Shown piece after piece: positions 48,970 to 56,499 of a stretch of 64,000 nucleotides of DNA. Each line of letters opens with the position of its first letter. The first letter of the stretch is position 1. Where the stretch lies: assembly GCA_965198095.1 (NCBI GenBank), contig OZ240239.1:1018816-1082815 (forward strand). Reading direction: 5' to 3'. Source of the DNA: Candidatus Latescibacterota bacterium. Its GTDB lineage: Bacteria > Latescibacterota > UBA2968 > GCA-2709665. A program made the position numbers and the translations under genes. The notes under the pieces were generated by a model. That model saw nothing but the letters and a program-made list of their open reading frames with translations. It had not been told where the DNA came from and did not search any database.

Positions 48970-49382
48970 GCCGCTCCGAATTCGAAGACGAACTGCTGCT
49001 GAAAGCTAAAGTCATCGCTGACCTGATGGAGCAGGGCGCTACTGAGGTAACCATCGTAGGCACTGACATCAGCGTCACCCGTGAGGACTACCAGCAGATT
49101 ACGGCCTCCCCACCTGGCCAGGTCGTGAATATAAACATCAGTGCCGAAGCGAATATACATATAAACCAGCTTGATGAAGCCCTGAATGAACTCCGTTCTT
49201 CGAAGGGTCTAACGAAGGCAAAAAAGAGCGAACTTGATAAGCAAGGGCGGGCGCTACGTAAAGAGCTGACAAAAGGGGAACCGAATAGAACGAATGTTAG
49301 GAAAGTATTGGTTTGGGCCTTGGAAAATAGTTGGGAAGCCTTCAAGAAACTTGCGCCAATAGTACTTGAGAAGATGGGGTAG
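48966..49382 (+). CDS. Hypothetical protein co-transcribed with the Hjc-like nuclease
   Basis: 138 aa. Its start overlaps the upstream stop by 4 nt. No recognisable domain. It shares the same lower GC. Confidence 0.45.
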   Translation: MSRSEFEDELLLKAKVIADLMEQGATEVTIVGTDISVTREDYQQITASPPGQVVNINISAEANIHINQLDEALNELRSSKGLTKAKKSELDKQGRALRKELTKGEPNRTNVRKVLVWALENSWEAFKKLAPIVLEKMG

Positions 49383-49536
49383 AGATTTTTTCCGTAGTCG
49401 TCGTTGAACCGCAAGGCATTCTTAATGTTATGCCCACTCTTGGCCCCGTGGAGCAGGTTGGGCGAAGGGGTGAATGCGCCTGGCGGGAGTTTGGCGCCCG
49501 AGCGGCCGTGAGGCGATTTGGGTGCAACCTCAGTCG

Positions 49537-50439
49537 CTAGGTGCGACCAGGCGTATCGGGTGTGAGCTCCCGTGCCTTGCGGAGCCTCAGCGTTTCGAGG
49601 ACCACCACACAGACGATGATCAGACCGCCTATGATCTCCCCCTGGGTCGGAACCTCTGAAAGGAACACCAGGGCAAACAGGATTCCGTAGATCACCTCGA
49701 CAACGATGGTCAATCCCACGGTCTTCCCCGAAAGGTGTCGTTGGCTGTCGACCAGCAACATTCTTCCCAGTCCAGTGGCGAACAGTCCCAGGAGCAGAAG
49801 GTAGACGATATCGCGCGGGCTTGGCAGGTGAGCGAAATTCCCGCCGAGGATCATGAACGGGAGAAGAATCAGACCGACCAGGCCGATCTCGTAGGCTGAG
49901 ATGTCCCAGCTGTTGTATCTGCCGACGAGGAATTTCTTCCGCGTCAGAATGATCAATGGGATCGTCACGCCCGCCGAGATTCCGAGAATGACACCTTGAA
50001 ATTTCGTATTGGAGAGGCTGACTTCCGGGGTGATGAAAAAGATCCCGATGAGCACCAGGATTGCGCTGCCGACATCCGGAAGTCTGATTCTGCCCCCGAA
50101 GTAGAAGCGCTCCAGAAAAACCATCAGGATCGGATATGTGTAGATCGTGATGACGGCGATGGCAACGGTGGAGACCTGGACCGACTTGAAGAAAAGGATC
50201 GACTGGAGCGATATGAAGACCGCAATGGCCAGAAAGGTAAGCAGGTCTTTCCTGCTTCTTATCGTCGAGTGTCCTTCCAGGCGTCTTCCGACAAGAAACA
50301 AGAGCAGTGTCGCGGCGGCGGCCCGCCAGAACGTGATGGGCAGCGGACCCGGAGAGAGCGCTTTGCCGAGCGGCCCGACGAAGCCGAACATCAACGTGGC
50401 CACATTGAGTTGCACAAGCGCTCGGGTCCGGCCTGTCAT
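49537..50439 (-). CDS. DMT-superfamily (EamA-like) transporter
   Basis: Ten predicted TM helices arranged as two EamA repeats. Confidence 0.75.
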   Translation of the reverse strand: MTGRTRALVQLNVATLMFGFVGPLGKALSPGPLPITFWRAAAATLLLFLVGRRLEGHSTIRSRKDLLTFLAIAVFISLQSILFFKSVQVSTVAIAVITIYTYPILMVFLERFYFGGRIRLPDVGSAILVLIGIFFITPEVSLSNTKFQGVILGISAGVTIPLIILTRKKFLVGRYNSWDISAYEIGLVGLILLPFMILGGNFAHLPSPRDIVYLLLLGLFATGLGRMLLVDSQRHLSGKTVGLTIVVEVIYGILFALVFLSEVPTQGEIIGGLIIVCVVVLETLRLRKARELTPDTPGRT

Positions 50440-50523
50440 CGGTCAGTGAAACCACTTATAGGTGTTTGCCGAACGCGGCGCGGGCGACGCAGCGTGGGTC
50501 AGCTGTTCGCAGACGCGCAAGTT

Positions 50524-50811
50524 TCACACCGCCCTGCGAAGTTTGCCCACTCCGGACTTGGGCTGAGTCCTGGCGAGATCGTGCAGGGACTGGAGGTTGA
50601 GCCAGAACTCGGGACTGGTGTCGAGGGCCTGTGCGAAAAGCCACGCGGTCTCCGGCGTTACGCCGCGTTTCCCACGAGCGATCTCATTGATGCGTTGCGT
50701 GGGCACACCGAGGTGCCTGGCGAGGGCCACCTGCGTGACGCCGAGCGGATCCAGAAACTCCCTCTGAAGTATCTCGCCAGGATGTGCGGGAATTCGATTT
50801 TCGGGCAGCAT
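50524..50811 (-). CDS. higA: HigA-family (XRE HTH) antitoxin, orphan
   Basis: IPAHPGEILQREFLDPLGVTQVALARHLGVPTQRINEIARGKRGVTPETAWLFAQAL is a typical HigA HTH. No HigB/RelE-like ORF sits upstream. Confidence 0.65.
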   Translation of the reverse strand: MLPENRIPAHPGEILQREFLDPLGVTQVALARHLGVPTQRINEIARGKRGVTPETAWLFAQALDTSPEFWLNLQSLHDLARTQPKSGVGKLRRAV

Positions 50812-51085
50812 AGTGCGTTCTCCAGAAAGGTCGATGGTCATCAGTGAAGCGAACATCGTGGGCCACACCGGAGGACCACCGAAATACGATTCTCCATTGA
50901 TCGTTGACTCGGATGCCGTGGAACCCACGTAAATCTCCCCGCAGTGCCTGCAGGCGATTGCCGGGAGGCGATCTTAGGCTGAATCATTCATGAATCGTCA
51001 CGGTTAGCTGCTTGATTCGCGAGTCAATCAACTCCACCCCGGCACAGTGGCTTGTCGAGCGGTTGAGGAAGGGTGTGTGAAGGTG

Positions 51086-51107
51086 GGGCAGACATTCCTG
51101 TCTGCCC
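51086..51107. repeat. REP-like palindrome downstream of the RAYT gene
   Basis: GGGCAGACA-ttcc-TGTCTGCCC (9-bp perfect stem), extendable to GTGAAGG..CCTTCAC. Confidence 0.6.
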
Positions 51108-51108
51108 T

Positions 51109-51799
51109 TCACATTGTCCTTTTCCCGGAATCCGGAATGCAGACAGAAGAAAGGCGTGCGCCGCCTTTATAGAGCCAATACGCGTCGTTGCGCAGTCCGT
51201 CTTTTGTGGGGTTTTCCGTGATGTAGCGGATGAAGCGCCAATACTGCTTTTCGCTACGCACGATGTGATCATAGGATTCGTCAAGCCAGAACGTCCCGGT
51301 GACGCCTGTGAGTTTGTTGATTTCTCGGGCAAAGGCGCCTTTTATGCCCTGCAGAATCCGCGAAAGGTTGTGGCCTCCCAGGGGTTCCATGAGGAGGTGA
51401 ACATGCGTGGGCATGATGACGGCTGCGTGAAGCCGGTGTCTTTCGCCGTCGAAACGCAAAAGACAGTTCTTGACCGCTTCACGGGCATCTATGTGCGCCA
51501 GGGCACGGGAACCAGAGCCGGCATTGAGCCAGGATTCGATCTTTTCATCGAAACGTCGGTTGTACTCTTTCCACTCGGCGTCTGTCCACGGTTCGGGGTG
51601 GCGCTTGTGCCACAGCTTACGCGCTTCCTGGAAGGTCCCGGGGGATCGCGTCAGCGAGGCGAAAGGTGATCCAATAGATCGCACCGTCTTTATTCCAGTG
51701 GGGGAGACGGCGGCGAGTCGTAGCGTGCCCGGACACAGGATGCAAAGGTTCCGGTTTGAGGGTGATGAGCAGACAGGAATGTCTGCTCCACATTTCCAA
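51109..51799 (-). mobile_element. REP-associated tyrosine transposase (RAYT, IS200/IS605-like TnpA_REP), interrupted by a frameshift
   Basis: The N-fragment (51617-51799) reads RRRLPHWNKDGAIYWITFRLADAIP. The C-fragment (51109-51684) has the HuH motif HVHLLMEP and the catalytic Tyr region YWRFIRYITENP. The two frames overlap at the run ccccgggacc. Confidence 0.65.
51767..51788. repeat. REP-like palindrome at the 5' end of the RAYT gene, inverted relative to the downstream copy
   Basis: GAGCAGACA-ggaa-TGTCTGCTC. The loop is the reverse complement of the ttcc loop of the copy at 51086-51107. Confidence 0.6.
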
Positions 51800-52083
51800 C
51801 CTTTGGTTCGACGTATCGCTTGCTAACCGACACGCATATAGATTTCGAGCATTACGTCCTCCGTCTTATACGCCGTGTCATCAACTGTTATACCCATAGG
51901 CGCTTCTCGTGCTCTTCGCGATGATAACGACGACCTCGCGTCCACGGTTTTGACGCTTTTGTGCAACAAAGGACCCGTTAGGCCGGTGCCACCCAACAGA
52001 AGGACTCGCATTTCCGCTGATGGTCCCTTCCAATTCGCATCGAGAAGGGTCGGCTAACCCCAGCTTCCGTCTTTTCTTCTATG

Positions 52084-52430
52084 GATGAAAACAGCGTTCC
52101 CGGCCGGGTCCGAAATCATCGCGACGTGGCAGGCAGAGAGCTCGTTTGGCCCCCACTCGACGTTCACGCCCTTCGCCTTCAACTCGGCGAGTGCATGCTC
52201 GAAGTCATCCACGGCGAGAGCGACCGCGCTTCCACCTTTGCCGCCGGAAGGGGCGCCCCGTCATAGATTCCGAACAGAACGAGCGTTGTGGGAGGAATGT
52301 CGAACTCAGCCCAGTTCCAATCAGGTTTGTAAAGGTTGAGCCTCAGCCCAAGCGTATCCTGATAGAACTCGACGGCCATTTCCAAGTTGTCGACGTAGCT
52401 GACAAGAAAATCGGCGCCGCGGACGTTCAT
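52084..52430 (-). pseudogene. VOC/glyoxalase-family protein with a frameshift in a G/C homopolymer run
   Basis: The N-part (52179-52430) reads ...VDNLEMAVEFYQDTLGLRL...LVLFGIYDGAP. The C-part, in another frame, reads SGGKGGSAVALAVDDFEHALAELKAKGVNVEWGPNELSACHVAMISDPAGNAVFIH. The shift is at ggggcgcccc (~52255). Confidence 0.5.
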
Positions 52431-53275
52431 GGTCCTGTCACCCCCGGTCTTGAACGTGAACCCTCGCCTGATCGTTGCTCGAGATGGGCGATCAGCCCTC
52501 TGAGCGTCGATTGGCAAAGAAGACACCTGTATGGGAAATGTCCCGTCCGGCGAAATCGGGAAGCGTTTGCTTCATTGAAGGCGTCGCTACGATCGCGAAA
52601 TTGCCCCCACCACTTCGAATGATTGTCGAAGGCCACGCCCGTCGCGCTCGTCCGCCACGCCCGTGGAAACAGCTCCAGAAAAACATCGAGGGAATTCAAC
52701 CACGACGCACATCGGGCCCAATTGGAACGGGTCTCAAATCGTTTGATCAGTCGGAGCAATGACGCGGCCAGGGCGGTCGTGTCATCGAACGGCGACTCCG
52801 GTGCGACGACGTTCGCAAAGTGCAGTGCAAGGGTGGCTCCGATTGCGTTTCGCTCCACCCAGAAACAGCCCGAATGAAGGGCGTCCGCCTCACCCTCCCA
52901 GACGCACCCGTGGTGGCGGGCCCCGAGCCGGGAGCGATCTCGGCAACCGCAAAAGCCGGGCAAATAGGCAGACTCGCGTTTCACTCTTTCGTTGACTTCG
53001 GACGCTATGACCGAAAAAGAGGCCTGTTCCCAACCCTCGGCGTCATCGTGTCTACGGAACAGCGCTCGCAACTCCCCGACAACCGCGAACCATTCCGGCG
53101 GCGCCAGGCAGGCTTCGGGCGACCCGAAGTACCAATGAAGGCGGACCCGTTGGTTGATGGCCTCGTCGAACGCCACGCCTTCGTGAGTGACGAGGTGCCA
53201 TACGTACCACAGCTTCAGCCGTGCCAGTTTCGGGTGGTAGTCGTCCGCGGGGGCGTTTGTTGGACGTCGGCGCAT
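52427..53275 (-). CDS. Hypothetical Cys-containing protein
   Basis: 282 aa with no confident domain (contains FCGCRD and CLLCQ). Its stop overlaps the VOC start by 4 nt. Confidence 0.4.
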   Translation of the reverse strand: MRRRPTNAPADDYHPKLARLKLWYVWHLVTHEGVAFDEAINQRVRLHWYFGSPEACLAPPEWFAVVGELRALFRRHDDAEGWEQASFSVIASEVNERVKRESAYLPGFCGCRDRSRLGARHHGCVWEGEADALHSGCFWVERNAIGATLALHFANVVAPESPFDDTTALAASLLRLIKRFETRSNWARCASWLNSLDVFLELFPRAWRTSATGVAFDNHSKWWGQFRDRSDAFNEANASRFRRTGHFPYRCLLCQSTLRGLIAHLEQRSGEGSRSRPGVTGP

Positions 53276-53355
53276 TTTTTATATTGACAATGTATATACG
53301 TCACCGCAGGTTCGAGTCATGGACACAGGGGTCCGGCTTCACGAGAGGAAGAGCT

Positions 53356-53646
53356 ATGAAGCGCGATGAGTTGAAGATGCGACTCACCAGGAATCGGCCG
53401 ATGATCCCTGTGAGCATTCGCATGCCGGAGGACGTCATTGAAGATCTCAAGCGAATCGCCCCTCAATTGGGATTCTCCGGATACCAGCCGCTCATGCGAG
53501 TCTACACAGGCCAAGGTCTCCGTCAGGATCTTGCGCGACTGCAAGATCACCCTGAACTCGACCGATTCGTCGAAAGTCTGCAGAACCACGGTGTAGACGC
53601 GAAAACGATCGAACAGGCCATGGCCGATGTGAAGCAGCCTACCTGA
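53356..53646 (+). CDS. BrnA/CopG-like ribbon-helix-helix antitoxin, orphan
   Basis: MIPVSIRMPEDVIEDLKRIAPQLGFSGYQPLMRVY matches the BrnA antitoxin pattern. An RBS GAGAGGAAGAG precedes the ATG. No BrnT-like toxin ORF sits upstream. Confidence 0.5.
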   Translation: MKRDELKMRLTRNRPMIPVSIRMPEDVIEDLKRIAPQLGFSGYQPLMRVYTGQGLRQDLARLQDHPELDRFVESLQNHGVDAKTIEQAMADVKQPT

Positions 53647-54235
53647 CTTCCGAGACCCGAATCTCTCCCGACTTCGGACGCTCGTCTGCCGCCGCAATAT
53701 CGCCGTGAGGCGCACCCAGGACGTGGTATCCTCCATCCACCTGAAGCACCTCCCCGGTGACGCCACTCGAAAGGTCGCTCAGGAGGAAGAGCGCAGCCTT
53801 CCCGACTTCCTCCTGACTCACGTTTCTGCGCAGGGGCGCGTTCTCTGCGTAGGCGTGATGAAATCCTCCGAATCCCTTCACACCTCGGGCGGACGCCGTG
53901 CTGATCGGTCCGGCTGAAATGGCGTTCACCCTGATGTTTCCGGGCCCCAATTCGAAAGCCAGCTGCCTGACGGCGTGCTCGAGCGCGGCCTTCGCGGTTC
54001 CCATGACGTTGTAGTGGGAGAACACCCTCTGCGAGGCCAGGAAGGTCAGCGTGAGGATCGATCCACCCTCAACCATCGATGCGGAGGCAGATCGACTCAT
54101 CTTCAGAAAAGAAAACATGCTGACATCGAGCGCCGTCCGAAAAGCCACGCGGGATGTGTCGCCGAACCGGCCTCGCAACGCTTCGGGGGGCGCAAAGGCG
54201 ATCGAGTGATAACCCCCACGCGCAACCATCATCAA
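53639..54235 (-). pseudogene. fabI: Enoyl-ACP reductase FabI, C-terminal ~190 aa only (N-terminal Rossmann part absent)
   Basis: YNVMGTAKAALEHAVRQLAFELGPGNIRVNAISAGPI...LRRNVSQEEVGKAALFLLSDLSSGVTGEVLQVDGGYH is colinear with FabI residues ~85-260. Only ~100 bp lie upstream before the next gene. Confidence 0.55.
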
Positions 54236-54340
54236 TTTACTGTATCAGGGTCTTCGTGAATAATTCACCTATGAATCATAGGTGTGTCTATGCGATGATC
54301 GTGTGCTGTCAACGACCGCGCTGGCCTATACACAGGCCGG

Positions 54341-55297
54341 TCATTTCCACCGGGATTTCAAATCCGCCTCGATCTCCGGCCAGGGGACGTGCAGTTTTGC
54401 CGCTCCGACCATCAAGGCATACACAACGCCGCTGAATTCCTCCGGGACTCCCGCCTCCTGGGTCAGCGCCCTCACAAACTCGGCCGATTCCTCACCCACC
54501 TTCTTGCAGATCTCGTTTTTGTCCCCCAAAAGCTTTGACGTAGACGAGCCTGTCGGGGCTTTGGCGACGGCAGCAATCCGGCGGTACTCCTCCTCCCACG
54601 GATTGAGTATTTTCCGCCCGATCAATGAGATGTCGCTGAACCGCACGACTTCGGCCACTTTCAGGCCTGCTCTGGACATTGCGCTATCGGGTGATTCGTC
54701 TCCCCGATACACGACCTCGATACACCAGTCGTGGGTGCCTTCCGCGACCGTATGCTCAGTGTCACCCGTGTATGCAACGACGCTGAATTGAAGATCTCCG
54801 GATCGGAATCGTTGCGACAGGTACTGACGCGACGACCGTTCATACTTCTTGTTTACGGCAATGGACACCGTCAGGGGCGCATCTGGCATCTGCCCTTCGC
54901 GATTCAACAGACAGAGGGCGGGCCGATTGAACTGAGCACTTGGATCGAACCAGTCATAGGTATTGAGGACCCCAAGCGGAGCGCTGCCCGCGCCCAACAT
55001 GTACTCGTCGAACAGGTCGTCTCCGGTTAGACCGTACGCCACTTCGCCACGTTGGATGCAATCATCCACGCGTTGGGGCACATCCTCTCCCCGGGCTGAC
55101 ACGATGTCAAGGAGCCCCTCGCTCTGGTCGGTCCGATCGAACTTGCCTGTGTCGCGGACGCCGATTTCCCTGAGCAGACCGTTCACATACTCATTCAGAC
55201 CCCTGTTCTTCGGAATGTAGAGTTTCGCCCTCGGCTCAGGCACGAATAGACCGATAGCCTCTCGAAACACGTTCTTCTCCTCTATAGTGATTTCCAT
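54341..55297 (-). CDS. Putative fusion of HisG-like ATP phosphoribosyltransferase (N) with HisE/MazG-like phosphoribosyl-ATP pyrophosphohydrolase (C)
   Basis: N-terminal: KLYIPKNRGL...LLDIVSARGEDVPQRVDDCIQRGEVAYGLTGDDLFDEY resembles the HisG N-terminus. C-terminal: KKVGEESAEFVRALTQEAGVPEEFSGVVYALMVGAA resembles HisE. The start is uncertain (Met at 55297, 55315 or 55339). Confidence 0.4.
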   Translation of the reverse strand: MEITIEEKNVFREAIGLFVPEPRAKLYIPKNRGLNEYVNGLLREIGVRDTGKFDRTDQSEGLLDIVSARGEDVPQRVDDCIQRGEVAYGLTGDDLFDEYMLGAGSAPLGVLNTYDWFDPSAQFNRPALCLLNREGQMPDAPLTVSIAVNKKYERSSRQYLSQRFRSGDLQFSVVAYTGDTEHTVAEGTHDWCIEVVYRGDESPDSAMSRAGLKVAEVVRFSDISLIGRKILNPWEEEYRRIAAVAKAPTGSSTSKLLGDKNEICKKVGEESAEFVRALTQEAGVPEEFSGVVYALMVGAAKLHVPWPEIEADLKSRWK

Positions 55298-55423
55298 CTC
55301 ATTGAGGCGTTGCATTGATTCGACTTCCTGCCTTTCCATCCGTATCGTGCTCTCGTTGGTCGCCCCGTTCGTGTCGACTGCCCGGGCCCAGAGGCGAGGG
55401 GTGTATCGAGAGACGCGGTTCAC

Positions 55424-55600
55424 CTGACAGGCTTTCCCGCGCCCTTCGATACACCCGCGAGACCATTGGGTTATGATCGGCTGAACATCTCGCTGATTGG
55501 GCACTCAGGGACGCGGGGTCTTTGCACTTGTCGCAACTCCTGCGACTCTCTCTTCGAACCCGGACGCCTTCGTGACCGCCGGCGAGGCAGAGCCGGACTC
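55424..55600. repeat. Mosaic repeat copy C (segment Y only, right arm degenerate)
   Basis: gcgcccttcgatacacccgcgagacc...gctgaacatctcgctgattgggcactcagggacgcggggtctttgcacttgtcgcaactcctgcgactctctcttcgaa matches Y of copies A and B. Confidence 0.65.
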
Positions 55601-56420
55601 ACCTCGACAGCGCGGCAGCCGCCTGACCCTTCAATTCCTCGATCATCGCCTCACGCTCCGCTCGGCTGGGGTAGTCCGGGTCGTCCCGGTAATCCTGCAC
55701 CTCGATGAGCTTCCCGCGGTATTCCGTTTCATACAGCATCCGGACGGCGTCGAACAGACCCCGAGATTCCATCAGCCGAATCCTGGCGTCGCCGATCGGA
55801 CCCATGCGCACGGTGCCCGCCTCCAGCATCGGCGGGTCCACCTTGTCGCGCTCTTCCACCTTCAGGAACTCCGCCCGCTGCGCGTTGGCACCCTCCACGG
55901 CGTTGTAAGCGGCCACCTGGGCCGTGTGGATGCTCGTGTTGTTGTCATTGCCGCACCCGATCATCATGATATAGCCATCCAGCGCCGCCAACGCGTTGAG
56001 AATGCCGGCCACGTGGTGCGCGCCGATGGCGGAACTTTCGCTCAGCCGAATCAATCCGACCGCCAGCCGCCCCTTGGCCGCCCACGGATGACGAGGCGGA
56101 TGGGCGCCCCTCAGCACGTCCGGCCGGCGCCAGAACGTGTCGGGGATGAGGCCGATGTTTTTTCGGACCGGCGTCGTCCCGGGGTCGTAGCCCGCCCTGT
56201 TCGACGATCGGACGTCCGTGTGGGACGGCATGAGCAGTGTCCCGGTCTCGCCCACCGTTTCCAACAGCGCATCGATCACCGCGCCGGCTCCGCCTTCCAC
56301 GTGGCCGAGACTGCTCAAAGATGCGTGCACCATCACCACGTCGCCCTGTTTCAAACCCAGCGATCGCAACCCCCGAACGACCAGAGCCTTGTCGACATTC
56401 GATTTCTTTGGTTCGGACAT
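55599..56420 (-). CDS. AAC(3)-family aminoglycoside N-acetyltransferase homolog
   Basis: LGLKQGDVVMVHASLSSLGHVEGGAGAVIDALLETVGETGTLLMP is the hallmark N-terminus of the Antibiotic_NAT family. Start trimmed to MSEPKK. Confidence 0.7.
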   Translation of the reverse strand: MSEPKKSNVDKALVVRGLRSLGLKQGDVVMVHASLSSLGHVEGGAGAVIDALLETVGETGTLLMPSHTDVRSSNRAGYDPGTTPVRKNIGLIPDTFWRRPDVLRGAHPPRHPWAAKGRLAVGLIRLSESSAIGAHHVAGILNALAALDGYIMMIGCGNDNNTSIHTAQVAAYNAVEGANAQRAEFLKVEERDKVDPPMLEAGTVRMGPIGDARIRLMESRGLFDAVRMLYETEYRGKLIEVQDYRDDPDYPSRAEREAMIEELKGQAAAALSR

Positions 56421-56499
56421 GATGACGAACCTCCCTTCGGCTCCCGTGGGCCCAGGGAGACCGAGGATCCCCGAACGACGACTCACGAAATCTTCAGAT

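Noticed and set aside
53276-53355. AT-rich ttatattgacaatgtatatacg as a defined antitoxin operator or promoter
   Set aside because: TTGACA is present, but no properly spaced -10 and no clean dyad symmetry could be established by eye.
55466-55708. Plus-strand ORFs starting in repeat segment Y (55466-55708 and 60968-61306; shared ISLIGHSGTRG..CRNSCDS)
   Set aside because: As above, a translated repeat. Copy A has an indel that breaks the frame, and the region is palindromic (GGGCACTC...GAGTGCCC).
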